The notes beneath the pieces are model-generated. The model did not search any database. It was not told the origin of the DNA and saw only the letters and a program-made list of their open reading frames with translations. A stretch of DNA of 64,000 nt, taken from the NCBI GenBank assembly GCA_002395385.1, contig DGWW01000147.1, forward strand, positions 1,214 through 65,213, in the 5' to 3' direction. A program made the translations under genes and the position numbers. Shown one piece after another: positions 51,423 through 61,231 of this stretch (the first letter of the stretch is position 1; every line of letters starts with the position of its first letter). The DNA comes from Myxococcales bacterium UBA4248 (GTDB lineage Bacteria > Myxococcota_A > Bradymonadia > UBA4248).

Positions 51423-51824
51423 ATGACAACATTGGATGAGCTCAAGGAACTGGCCATAGAAGCACAAAAAAAAGCCTACTGTCCCTACTCAAATTTTCCG
51501 GTAGGAGCGGCCCTTGAATGCAACGACGGTACTGTATTTACAGGATGTAATATTGAAAATGCATCCTATCCCATCGGTATCTGTGCCGAAAGGACCGCCA
51601 TGTCCAAAGCGATCAGTGAAGGGCACTACGATTTTAAACGCATCGTCATTGTTGCCAATACAGCGGATTATTGCTCGCCATGCGGCATGTGCCGTCAGTT
51701 CATGTTCGAATTTTCGCCGGAGTTAGAACTGATCTGCCTCAATGCAAACCACGATGCCAAATCATTTTCACTCAATGAACTGCTCGTCCATGGTTTTAAC
51801 GGGAGCAGCATGAGCAACCGATAA
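51423..51824 (+). CDS. cdd: cytidine deaminase
   Basis: AYCPYSNFPVGAAL, GCNIENASY, CAER, SPCGMCRQ. Confidence 0.96.
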   Translation: MTTLDELKELAIEAQKKAYCPYSNFPVGAALECNDGTVFTGCNIENASYPIGICAERTAMSKAISEGHYDFKRIVIVANTADYCSPCGMCRQFMFEFSPELELICLNANHDAKSFSLNELLVHGFNGSSMSNR

Positions 51825-51830
51825 GTAAGT

Positions 51831-51905
51831 CCGGTGCGTATTGTGGCAACGCCACAATAGCACCGGCAAATGACGCGTATTTGGCATCGCCAAAAAGCGG
51901 CATTT
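51831..51905 (+). repeat. tandem bulged-hairpin element
   Basis: ccggtgc[g]tattgtggc-aac-gccacaata-gcaccgg; aaatg.cgc[g]tatttggc-atc-gccaaaaa-gcg.cattt. Confidence 0.88.
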
Positions 51906-51984
51906 CCAAACAAAGATCTTGACAGGCAACGATATTTTAAGTACAAGCCGCGCTCGACATCGATAGTAGTTATCGGGTCGTTAC

Positions 51985-52056
<72 letters not shown>

Positions 52057-52112
52057 TTCAAGCAGCCCAAATGGCTGCTTTTTTTGTTTCAGCCAAAAGC
52101 AAAGGAGGAAAA

Positions 52113-54131
52113 ATGGGACGTGCGCTCACGATTGACGATCTTTTTCACATTGAGCGGCTCTCTCAGATGGCGATTTCTCCAAACGGGCGCTATGCCTGGC
52201 TGACAACCAAAAAAATTGAACTCGCCGAAAACCTTACGACGACACATAATTATAAAATAGATTTGGAAAGCGGCGTTTCTTCAGAGATCGCTTTGCATGA
52301 AAAAGGCGCAAGTGATTTCGCTTTTTCAAACGACGGCAAATGGATATTTTTTGTCGCCGACGGACAGATTTATTGTGCCAATAGCGACGGCTCATGTGTC
52401 AAGGCCATTACGAAGGGACCGGGAGGTGCATCACGTCCGGTCGTTTCTCCCGATGGCAACCGTGTGCTGTTTTCGCGCTCGGTTTATATCGATCCCAACG
52501 TCCAGAGCATTTTTGAAAAAGACGAAAAACAACCCGATTTGGCCACCCTATATCGCGCCAGCCACCCCAAAGCTCAGGTACGCATTGCCGACAGACTCAT
52601 GTACCGTCATTGGGACAGCTGGTGTGAAAACAAACGAAACCACCTGTTTATCGTCGATGTTTCAACAGGCCAAATGACCGATTTGACGCCCATAGATGCC
52701 GATGTTCCGCCGATTGCGCTTGAGTCTGCATGTGATTACGATTTTTCGCCCGATGGGAAGCATGTTGCTTTCGTCATGAATCCGGATCCGGTTGTCGCAC
52801 GTTCGACCAACAACAGCATCTATCTCATGCCGATCGATGGAACAGTCCCCGGCGAAGCCGTCAGAATTTCCGATACCGACGGCTGCGATACTGCCCCACA
52901 ATTCCTGAGTGATACAGAAATTGCCTATTGTACGCTCGTCACGCCCGGATACGAAGCCGATGCCACCCGACTCAAGGTTTTCGATCTCAAAACCCGTCAT
53001 ACCCGCATTTATCTCGAAGATTTCGAACGTTCCATCGATTCATTTGTCCAGACACAGCCGGGTAAACTGCTCTTTAAAGCACAGGATTTTGCACATAGTG
53101 GTCTGTTTGTCCTCGATTTAAAGTCTGGCCATGTACAACAGCTCACTTCGGGGCGCACCTATTCGAAATTTGTGTACGGCGGCGGTAAAATTTTAGTCGG
53201 CCTCGAAGCCCTCAATGCACCGCTCGAATGCGTCGAAATCACAAATCTGCAGGCTTTTGATCCGCTCATTACAATGGGCAGTGAGCGTGTTTCGAACGAA
53301 GAACTCCATTATCTGACACATTTTGGCGATGTTTTGGCTGACGTGGATCTCGACCGCGGCCGGTGTATGCATTACCATTATAAGGAAGATACACTCGAAG
53401 GTTATGTCGTTCTTCCGCCGGGATTCGACGCTAACAAAAAATATCCTTTCATTCTTTTGATCCATGGTGGTCCACAGGGCGCTTTTCTCGACCAGTTCCA
53501 TTACCGCTGGAATGTCGCCATGTTTGCTTCGCAAGGCGCTATTGTCGGTTTTTGCAATCCCCATGGTTCGACCGGTTATGGACATGCCCTGACCAGAGCT
53601 ATCAGCAAACACTGGGGCGATGATTGCCCCGATGCCATCATGGCATTTGTAGATCATGTCCTTGAGGAAATACCGCAGATCGATGAGAACAGGATGTCTG
53701 CCGCCGGCGCCTCTTTTGGCGGATTCATGATCAACTGGCTCATGGGACATACCGACCGATTTAAAGCATTCGTCAGCCATGATGGTATTTTTAATACCGA
53801 AATGTCCGGATATCTCACCGATGAGCTGTGGTTTAATGAATATGAATTCGGCGGCAAACCGTTTGATGAGGATGCTGCAGCACTTTGTCGTAAGTTTTCA
53901 CCACATCATTTTGTTAAAAACTTTAAAACACCGACGCTCGTCATCCAGGGTGAACAGGATTTTAGATGTTATACATCCGAAGGCATTGCGCTCTTCACTG
54001 CACTCCAATACATGGGCGTCAAAAGTCGTTTAATCTATTTCCCAAACGAAGGGCACTGGGTACTCGATCCTGCCGACAGTTATGTCTGGTACACCGAAGT
54101 TTTAAACTGGCTCATGACCGAAATGGGGTAA
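52113..54131 (+). CDS. S9 family peptidase (acylaminoacyl/dipeptidyl peptidase)
   Basis: Start MGRALT after AGGAGG; beta-propeller SPDG repeats, IHGGPQ, GASFGG, QGEQDFR, FPNEGHW. Confidence 0.93.
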   Translation: MGRALTIDDLFHIERLSQMAISPNGRYAWLTTKKIELAENLTTTHNYKIDLESGVSSEIALHEKGASDFAFSNDGKWIFFVADGQIYCANSDGSCVKAITKGPGGASRPVVSPDGNRVLFSRSVYIDPNVQSIFEKDEKQPDLATLYRASHPKAQVRIADRLMYRHWDSWCENKRNHLFIVDVSTGQMTDLTPIDADVPPIALESACDYDFSPDGKHVAFVMNPDPVVARSTNNSIYLMPIDGTVPGEAVRISDTDGCDTAPQFLSDTEIAYCTLVTPGYEADATRLKVFDLKTRHTRIYLEDFERSIDSFVQTQPGKLLFKAQDFAHSGLFVLDLKSGHVQQLTSGRTYSKFVYGGGKILVGLEALNAPLECVEITNLQAFDPLITMGSERVSNEELHYLTHFGDVLADVDLDRGRCMHYHYKEDTLEGYVVLPPGFDANKKYPFILLIHGGPQGAFLDQFHYRWNVAMFASQGAIVGFCNPHGSTGYGHALTRAISKHWGDDCPDAIMAFVDHVLEEIPQIDENRMSAAGASFGGFMINWLMGHTDRFKAFVSHDGIFNTEMSGYLTDELWFNEYEFGGKPFDEDAAALCRKFSPHHFVKNFKTPTLVIQGEQDFRCYTSEGIALFTALQYMGVKSRLIYFPNEGHWVLDPADSYVWYTEVLNWLMTEMG

Positions 54132-54145
54132 ATAGGCCCAAATTG

Positions 54146-54347
54146 GTAGCTATTCAGCCGCAAGCTGCTGACTTGTTTCCATGTTTTTTTTGCACAGTCA
54201 GGCATTAGGCCTCAGGCAGGAGTTTATCAAACACAGAGGTTAGGCGATTGTCGGAAGTCATGTCTTTTTTCAGAGCATACTTACTGTTGCCTTCTGCCTG
54301 GGCTGACTCATCCTTAGTCCTTTAGATGCGACATAGGTACATGAAAC
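54146..54347. mobile_element. degenerate MITE related to 12421-12624
   Basis: gtagctattcagcc terminus; acacagag..gcgattgtcgg...tacttactgttgcct shared with 12481-12610. Confidence 0.5.
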
Positions 54348-54352
54348 ATGGC

Positions 54353-55798
54353 CTAAAGCATAAATGTGCAAATAAACAATACAGCATTTAACAAAACAAT
54401 GCCGACAACGATGGCAAGCCATGAAGTGAGACGTGACTTGCCATCGTTATTTTTTGGCTCATATCGTCCGCTGTTTTGTAAATCCAAATGCATTCCGGTT
54501 TCAATTCTTTGGATATCAGCAATCATATCGGTCGCATTTTTATAACGAAAATCCGGATCTTTATTGAGTGCACGCCGCAGCATATCTCCCATCGGGGATT
54601 GCAGTATCCATTGCGGAATTGGAATCGGTTCAGGTGAGGTCGATAATTTAACAATGGATACGGGAGATTTCGGCAACAATGCCTTCCCCGTCAGCATTTC
54701 GACGAGAATGAGTGCAATCGAATAGAGATCAGTCGAATGCGTTGCTTCATCCCCATAAAGCAATTCCGGCGCCAGATATTGCGGCGTACCCAATATTTTT
54801 CCATTCTCTGTCAGACGAGGCATACCTCTGTATTGAACTTTGGCAATGCCAAAATCGAGAACTTTTACAAAATCCTGTTCACCAATAATATTTCGAATCA
54901 GAATATTCGAGGGCTTGAGATCCCGATGTATAATTCCTCGCTCATGCGCTTCGTGAATGCTTTTAAGTATTTGTTTGGCAATATTAAGAGAACGCAGAGG
55001 ATCGAGTGAGTGCTCGATATCAATGAGCTCCCTGAGGGACTTGCCTTCAATATATTCCATGACATAATATAGGTGATTGTCATCCATACCGGCATCGATC
55101 AATTGTATGGTATTGGGATGCACCAGGTCTTTGATGATATTGGCTTCGAGAAAGAATCGTTTAACATTTGAACAATCATTCTGTGCATGAAGCCGCTTGA
55201 GCGCAACAACGCGATCGAGGCCGATTTGCCTTGCCCGATAAACGATACCAAAACCGCCGCGGGATATTTCGGACAAGATTTCATATCGGTTTCCAATGAC
55301 TTTTCCAATATCGACTTCTCTCGAATCAAGCCTGGTCGATTCTTTGGATGGAGACAATAGCTTATCCTCCGTGAGTTCAACGGTCTCGTCGGCCTGTTTG
55401 CTGGCGAGCGGAAGCATGTGCCGGCAAGTCGGCGTAGCCAATTCGTTGGAAATCGTTCTGTCATCGGTATTGGTCTTTTCATCTGCAGTATTTGAGGATA
55501 TCGCAAAGACCCTCGTTTTTTTATCATTCCCTTTGGGCGCATCCACAAATTGAACCGTTTTTTGATTGCGCCCCGGAACAGATTTAAAACAGGTTTCACA
55601 CTCAGGGTCTATTTTGTCGATATAGCGTGTTACAGCCGTATCCCCAATTCCGTCGCGAATTTCAGAGGCCAAAGAATGCTGTCTGGTTGTTCCTTCTTTA
55701 AGATTCATGCAGCCACTTACGGTATCTGCAAGCCCAATGGAATAACCAGAAATGGTAGTGCGAGCTGTCAAAAGACTAATCGATGCTGAATAATTCAT
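54353..55798 (-). CDS. Ser/Thr protein kinase with C-terminal TM helix
   Basis: GGFGIVY, VALK, HRDLKPSN, DFG, GTPQYLAPE; AAGGAG RBS. Confidence 0.93.
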   Translation of the reverse strand: MNYSASISLLTARTTISGYSIGLADTVSGCMNLKEGTTRQHSLASEIRDGIGDTAVTRYIDKIDPECETCFKSVPGRNQKTVQFVDAPKGNDKKTRVFAISSNTADEKTNTDDRTISNELATPTCRHMLPLASKQADETVELTEDKLLSPSKESTRLDSREVDIGKVIGNRYEILSEISRGGFGIVYRARQIGLDRVVALKRLHAQNDCSNVKRFFLEANIIKDLVHPNTIQLIDAGMDDNHLYYVMEYIEGKSLRELIDIEHSLDPLRSLNIAKQILKSIHEAHERGIIHRDLKPSNILIRNIIGEQDFVKVLDFGIAKVQYRGMPRLTENGKILGTPQYLAPELLYGDEATHSTDLYSIALILVEMLTGKALLPKSPVSIVKLSTSPEPIPIPQWILQSPMGDMLRRALNKDPDFRYKNATDMIADIQRIETGMHLDLQNSGRYEPKNNDGKSRLTSWLAIVVGIVLLNAVLFICTFML

Positions 55799-55845
55799 GG
55801 GTCACTCCTTGACGATACGGGTTATCGAAAATGTGGATATCTATA

Positions 55846-55873
55846 ATATGGGCAATTTTTTCAAAAAAAGGCC
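55846..55873 (-). promoter_or_regulatory. GGCC-N16-GCCCATAT motif
   Basis: atatgggcaattttttcaaaaaaaggcc, about 48 nt upstream of the kinase start. Confidence 0.6.
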
Positions 55874-55965
55874 AAAAAATTGAGAAAAAATAAAAAAAAT
55901 ATACAATAGCTCATTCTAACCGTGAGAAACCGATGGTTTCTTGCGACGATGAAGTGAGGACCGGA

Positions 55966-58104
55966 ATGAAATACAAGGATGTATGCCGCCAATTAAAAAA
56001 TTTTTCCTGGATGCTTGCATGTTTATGGATGGCTTCCGGACACACAGCCGATGCCCAGGAAAGTGAAATCAATGGCGAAACAGAGCCCAGTCAGATACAG
56101 GAAATCCCCGCAGACACTTCAGAATTGCCAACACCAGATCAAAATCTTCAAGCAGAAGAAGGCAGCTCCGAAATCGAACAAACAGACACTTCAGAATTGC
56201 CAACACCAGCTCAAAATCTTCAAGCAGAAGAAGGCAACTCCGAAATCGAACCATCCGATTCCCCAATCAAAACCATTGCAGCTCAAACACAACCATCAGA
56301 CGCAAAAGCACAGAATCAGGCGATCCCGCAACCTCAACCGTCTGCCAAAGGTTCAATCTGCATCGAAGCCGATCTGTCCGATGCTACCCAAAATGCAGAA
56401 TGGATGACGCTGATTGGCCTTGCCCCGACGGAAGAAGAGAATACCTTTGTATCGACCGACAGCACGCACAAGACCATCCATGCATTGTCTAACGATCCTA
56501 AACTCGATCAACTGCTGACGCTGTATGAACAGTATCTCGAACATTCATTCGTAGCAGAACCGTCGATCCTGAATGATGCAATGGATGCCCTGTTCAGTCA
56601 TCCCGATCTGAATCAGAAGGAAAAAATTGCTGTTTTCCTTACGATGAGTCCTTATCTCATAGAACATGCCAGAAGCTCTGGAGATATGGTAACCTGTCGC
56701 AAACTCCAGCAAAATGCCCAATCTATGCAACGGTTGTGGCCAAAGCAATTAAACATCGTATGTGCGGATGATTCGCGCGAAATACGTTTTTCGCTCTCTC
56801 ATCTCGTCCGTGGGCATATTTCACAGGCGAATATGATCAAAGCCTTGCCTTGTATGCCAAATCAGTCCTCCAAACCGCTGAGTTGTCAATCCTATGTCAC
56901 AGATCTATCGAATTGGGGCGCCTCCCTCGATCATCTGCTAGAAGATGCCCTCTGGGCGCTCAACCAAAAAGACAACGAATTTACGATTCAGGCCATGGCC
57001 AACCTCGGACGTGAGCTTAAGCGACTCAATGCTTCTAACGCACAAACGGTGCAGGACGGCAACGCTGCAGACGATGAAAACATTCAAAAAATGCTGTGTC
57101 AAAGTCAGGTCATAGAAATCCTCGCACTCGAGCAGACGCGCTTTGCAGAACTGGCTGCGTTCGAAGCTGACCTTCAAAAAATGACGGGAACGTCCTTTTA
57201 TGATCGACTGAAAAGCCAGAAATCCTGTCAGCTTTCGGGCAACTTTGCGAGTACTTTTGCGCGTCTAAAAACCGATCATGCCAGCACCATAAAATGGTTA
57301 ACGGACAATTTCGATCCCAAGAAGCGAAAAAAACTCGACAAAGCCCTGACCGCCTGGACAAAAAAAGGCACCAAATATGTTCGTTCACAGCGACGTTTAT
57401 GGGCTTCGTGGACAGCCTGGAGCCTAGGAGAATACAACCTGGCAGCCAAAGCAGCCGGCGACGTCATGGACGGCAAAAGCAGGCTCGTCCATCCTCAGCT
57501 GTACTCCTACGATTTGATGCTCAAAGCCATCAAAAGGGAATTTCCTGCCCTTGAGAATCTCCAAACTTACGCGCGACTGATGAACCTCAAGAGTCCGGCG
57601 CTCGTCTACCAAACACTGACTCAATGTGCACGCTGGCTCTCATCATCCGAAAAGAAGGATGTCGTCGAAGCCGTTCGTCCCTATTCGCCAAGCCAGGCCT
57701 CGTATGAAGCTGCCGAATTCTTTATGGCATACAGCGATGAACTTCGTACAAACATGAATGCGGCCCACCGTGTGGCCGTCGACAGCTGGCTCGAAACAGA
57801 GGTCGCCTCGACCGAATCCACCGAGGCCAAACAACAGCGCCGTTTAATCTGGTTAAACGATGCCGTCGAAGCCCAAACCTGGGACGACGCACTTCAAGTC
57901 TCAGAAACTTCAATTGCTTCAGCATCGACCCAAAAAGACGAAGTTTTCTGGTGCCTTTCGGCCAACAACGCACTGCAGGCACTGGGGCGCGACACAGCCT
58001 ACCATTGCGAATCCTGCCCTGATTTAACGGCCTGTGCCACAGAAACCGGAAAATCCTGGTTCAAGGATGCCGTCCAATGTTACGATAAAATTGAATGCCA
58101 ATAG
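55966..58104 (+). CDS. secreted helical hypothetical protein
   Basis: GAGGA RBS; possible signal peptide; 72-bp duplication at 56111-56251 (DTSELPTP.QNLQAEEG.SEIE x2); scattered Cys. Confidence 0.7.
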   Translation: MKYKDVCRQLKNFSWMLACLWMASGHTADAQESEINGETEPSQIQEIPADTSELPTPDQNLQAEEGSSEIEQTDTSELPTPAQNLQAEEGNSEIEPSDSPIKTIAAQTQPSDAKAQNQAIPQPQPSAKGSICIEADLSDATQNAEWMTLIGLAPTEEENTFVSTDSTHKTIHALSNDPKLDQLLTLYEQYLEHSFVAEPSILNDAMDALFSHPDLNQKEKIAVFLTMSPYLIEHARSSGDMVTCRKLQQNAQSMQRLWPKQLNIVCADDSREIRFSLSHLVRGHISQANMIKALPCMPNQSSKPLSCQSYVTDLSNWGASLDHLLEDALWALNQKDNEFTIQAMANLGRELKRLNASNAQTVQDGNAADDENIQKMLCQSQVIEILALEQTRFAELAAFEADLQKMTGTSFYDRLKSQKSCQLSGNFASTFARLKTDHASTIKWLTDNFDPKKRKKLDKALTAWTKKGTKYVRSQRRLWASWTAWSLGEYNLAAKAAGDVMDGKSRLVHPQLYSYDLMLKAIKREFPALENLQTYARLMNLKSPALVYQTLTQCARWLSSSEKKDVVEAVRPYSPSQASYEAAEFFMAYSDELRTNMNAAHRVAVDSWLETEVASTESTEAKQQRRLIWLNDAVEAQTWDDALQVSETSIASASTQKDEVFWCLSANNALQALGRDTAYHCESCPDLTACATETGKSWFKDAVQCYDKIECQ

Positions 58105-58204
58105 GTCTTTGGATTTGCCCCAGGCCTACAGCATTTCACTTTGACATGATTCTGTCGAAAGCCTGTAGGGCTTTTATCGCAACTTTTTAAATGCTGTAAC
58201 CCTG

Positions 58205-58346
58205 GTTAATGCATAATGCATAATCATGAATGCATAATGAAATGCAGCACTGAGAGGATTTGAATGATTCCTTTGGTTTTGCACACGCATTCAGAATTAT
58301 GAATTCAGAATTATGAATTAAAGATATTTTAAGTATTTTGTGAAAC
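58205..58346. repeat. second copy of the 40126-40268 module
   Basis: aatgcataatgaaatg...agaggatttgaatgattcctttgg...attcag.attatgaattaaaga...ttaagt. Confidence 0.8.
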
Positions 58347-58400
58347 GGCTCTTACTCCAGGGCAGAAACGTTGCTTTTATCCAGACTTTTAGCTTCTTTG

Positions 58401-58490
58401 GCGCGTGCTATTTGGTTCCAAACGTGAACACGTTTGAAACCAAATACGCCCTGCGCGCGCTGCTATTTTTTCAAAAAAAATACGCAGCGC
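58401..58490 (-). repeat. tandem bulged-hairpin element abutting the ABC stop codon
   Basis: gc-tatttggttccaaacgtg-aa-cacgtttgaaaccaaata[c]gc; gcgctgc-tatttttt...aaaaaata[c]gcagcgc. Confidence 0.88.
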
Positions 58491-60082
58491 TAATCCCATT
58501 CGGGCATGCGATGGCCCAAATACAGAATACCCATTTTGGGATACTTCTCCCGAATGCGCTCAAAGATTTGCCTGCAGAGTTCCGGTTCGAGCTCGCTGGC
58601 CATTTGATCGATGACGAGCAGCTTCGGATGCGTGACCAAAGATCTGGCGAGCATCACTCTGCGCTGTTCCCCGCCACTCAGGCGTGAGCCCTGATCGCCG
58701 ATAGATTCGGTGCCAAAACGGCGGTCTACTTCTTCGAGTGCGCACACATAGAGGAGTTCATGGTACTGTTCGTCCGTGAGTGTATCCCCCAAAAGTGCAA
58801 CATTATCCCGAACACTGCCATCGAACAGGACATTTTCCTGACAAACAAAGCCAATATTTTTGACATCACCCTCAGGAACATCAATTGCTCCCTGCGCGAT
58901 GGGATAAAGTCCCAGGATACACCTGGCCAATGTGGTTTTTCCCGAACCGGATGGCAGCAAAATCGCTTTCCGCTCTCCCTCAGAGAGTGAAAGATTTTCA
59001 TCTTCCCAGATGACATGATCGCCAAAAGAGAAAGAAAGATGATCGACCAGGAGCAGTCTTGGAGACTGTGCTTTCCCGAAATGGACTTCGGGAGCAGCCG
59101 GAAGGCGCTCAATATCGCAAGATCTGGCGCGGCCTTCGAGGTATTGCTGCCACGCGCTGAAGAGAGAGGTACTGCTCTTTAAAATTGCAAAAAGGCGCGC
59201 CAAATAAACCTGAAAAGCGACCACTGCACCGAGCGTCAAAGCATCCGACATGACAAGATAACCGCCGTACCCAAAGACCGCCACGAGCACAAAAGCTTGT
59301 AAAATATCGAAAAATGGGCCCTGTACAGCCAATCTTTTTTGAAGTGTATAACCGGCCTGGCAACATTGTTCACTCGTCGTTTCGAATTTTGAAGTGAACT
59401 GTGATTCGCGATGAAGCGCACGAATCGAGGTCAAAGCCGTAAAATAATCCGTAAATTCGCGGAACAGAGATTCATGCGTCTCGAATTCTCGCCGTGCAGC
59501 AGGCCGAATCTTGTGTTTGATCCAAAGCCACAAAGCAGCAGAAAAAGGGCATAAGATGAGGCTCAGAATGGCTGTCTGCCAGGAGAGATAAAGCAAAGCC
59601 ACGACTGTGCCCAATCCCGTCACAAGCAGCGCAGCCCCCTGTGTATAGAGTACCTCCATAAAATAGCTTTCGCTCGAGGATGCAAAGAGGATCTGGCCCA
59701 TGGCCTGGCCTCGCACCTGATCGGGCAGTGCACGCATATCGGCATACATGACACGCCTGAACAATGCATTCATGCGCGCCATCTGCAGATTGAGGCGAAG
59801 TTTTGCGATTTGGCAGACGCCCAGATAACGCAATATCCCCGACAGGATCTGAGCCAGCGTGACGATACCAAGCCAGATGGCCAGAATTTGTATATCCCGG
59901 TTTACAATGCCGACATCGACGATTTTGGCAATTCCCCACGGAACGACGAGGGAAAGCAGCGATGCCACAGCAATCCAAATCCCTGCCAGGATCCATCTGG
60001 CACGAGCGAGTTCCTGCAGATGGGGATGGGACGGCTCAAATTGTTCTTCAGATGGAATGGAATGTCCGCCATTGAAAGGCAT
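58490..60082 (-). CDS. ABC exporter, fused TMD + NBD (degenerate Walker B)
   Basis: 6-TM ABC membrane domain; PSGSGKTT, LSGGEQRR, LLVIDQ, GHR. Confidence 0.88.
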   Translation of the reverse strand: MPFNGGHSIPSEEQFEPSHPHLQELARARWILAGIWIAVASLLSLVVPWGIAKIVDVGIVNRDIQILAIWLGIVTLAQILSGILRYLGVCQIAKLRLNLQMARMNALFRRVMYADMRALPDQVRGQAMGQILFASSSESYFMEVLYTQGAALLVTGLGTVVALLYLSWQTAILSLILCPFSAALWLWIKHKIRPAARREFETHESLFREFTDYFTALTSIRALHRESQFTSKFETTSEQCCQAGYTLQKRLAVQGPFFDILQAFVLVAVFGYGGYLVMSDALTLGAVVAFQVYLARLFAILKSSTSLFSAWQQYLEGRARSCDIERLPAAPEVHFGKAQSPRLLLVDHLSFSFGDHVIWEDENLSLSEGERKAILLPSGSGKTTLARCILGLYPIAQGAIDVPEGDVKNIGFVCQENVLFDGSVRDNVALLGDTLTDEQYHELLYVCALEEVDRRFGTESIGDQGSRLSGGEQRRVMLARSLVTHPKLLVIDQMASELEPELCRQIFERIREKYPKMGILYLGHRMPEWD

Positions 60083-60117
60083 GCATCACCCATGTATGTG
60101 CTGTGCATCAAAAAAAG

Positions 60118-60178
60118 GCCGCGACGTATGCAATAGGCGCGGCGCGCATCCTGCAGCGGCCATGCCGCAAAGGTGCGC
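60118..60178 (+). repeat. bulged-hairpin element (second unit degenerate)
   Basis: gccgcg.c[g]tat-gca-ata-g.cgcggc then gcgcatc...gcggc-cat-gccgc...ggtgcgc. Confidence 0.65.
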
Positions 60179-60185
60179 ACAAATA

Positions 60186-60209
60186 AAAAAACATCCGAAG
60201 CGATGTCGG
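60186..60209 (-). terminator. terminator after the RiPP precursor
   Basis: aaacatccga-agcgatg-tcggatgttt stem (extends to about 60214) with a T run on the minus strand. Confidence 0.65.
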
Positions 60210-60238
60210 ATGTTTGAAAAAAACAACGTTCAATTGTG

Positions 60239-60379
60239 TTACGGACGTGTCGAACTCGTATTTGGAAATGAATCTTTGCGCGTACCGGTCGAGCCCTGAA
60301 TCAGGGTACCGAGTTTGCCAAGATGTTCAACTTTCGGTGTTTCGTATATTTTTTTGGATTTTTTAGATGTATCGTTCAT
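60239..60379 (-). CDS. lasso-type RiPP precursor peptide (46 aa)
   Basis: MNDTSKKSKKIYETPKVEHLGKLGTLIQ|GSTGTRKDSFPNTSSTRP: YxxPxV---G leader, core G1 with D8; AAGGAGA RBS. Confidence 0.7.
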   Translation of the reverse strand: MNDTSKKSKKIYETPKVEHLGKLGTLIQGSTGTRKDSFPNTSSTRP

Positions 60380-60389
60380 AAGTGTCTCC

Positions 60390-61223
60390 TTAAACCACAG
60401 ACCGACAGATACTATGGCAGAATTCCGACCAGTCTTCAACAAGTTTTGAGGGAAAAAGTCGCGGATCTGTGCCGGATAACAGTTCCGGATGGTTCCAGAC
60501 AGCATTTTGAGCTTCGAAATAAGTCTCGGGAGTCCCGATATCGGCAAAGAAAGCATCGGTCATGCATGCGTTGATTGGGCGATTTTGCTCAAGCATGCGA
60601 CGATAGATTTCAGTGACGAGACAGATATTTTTGCCGAGTTCGAGTGTTTCGAGGAGGCGATGTTCGATGATGTGAATGCCTGTAAAACAGGCCGGCACTG
60701 GCAATTGGGAAACATCGTAATCCGCCCGGAACCAATCGCGAATCTGGACGATATGATGATTCGAATCGAGGCCAATCATACCGAGTTTTGAGTTCTGGGG
60801 TCGGGGCGCGACGACGAGTGTCACATCACATCCCGACGAATCATGCGACTTTAATGCCGCCCGAAGATCGGCATTACACAAGACATCGCCATGATAAATG
60901 ATATAGCGATCGGCATCGGGAATGAGCGAAAGACACGATCGTGCCCCGCCCCCCGTACCTAGAATTTCACCGTTTTCCCTAAAGATATGCACTTCGGGGA
61001 GCCCAAGATTCTGAGCACATTTTTGCAGGCAATCGGCCATGATGTCGGGCAGGTGATGCACATTGGCAGCAAGCGTCGCAACGCCGGTCTGTTTAAGTGC
61101 GTACATGGCATACCACGCCATCGGCCGCCCCAAAAAAGGAACTGCCGGTTTTGGGATTTTGTCGGTCAAAGGTTTGAGTCTCGTTCCAAAACCCGCAGAC
61201 AGGAGAATGCCATACGTCTTCAT
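60390..61223 (-). CDS. sugar-phosphate nucleotidyltransferase (NTP_transferase family, MurU-like)
   Basis: LLSAGFGTRLKPLT..PKP, ILGTGGG, HGDV, FTGIH, DIGTP. Confidence 0.9.
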   Translation of the reverse strand: MKTYGILLSAGFGTRLKPLTDKIPKPAVPFLGRPMAWYAMYALKQTGVATLAANVHHLPDIMADCLQKCAQNLGLPEVHIFRENGEILGTGGGARSCLSLIPDADRYIIYHGDVLCNADLRAALKSHDSSGCDVTLVVAPRPQNSKLGMIGLDSNHHIVQIRDWFRADYDVSQLPVPACFTGIHIIEHRLLETLELGKNICLVTEIYRRMLEQNRPINACMTDAFFADIGTPETYFEAQNAVWNHPELLSGTDPRLFPSKLVEDWSEFCHSICRSVV

Positions 61224-61231
61224 CGTGCTGT

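Noticed and set aside
56111-56251. 72-bp direct repeat (also the 33-bp repeats near 49290 and the 36-bp repeats near 4600) as non-coding arrays
   Set aside because: In-frame low-complexity protein repeats inside CDSs.
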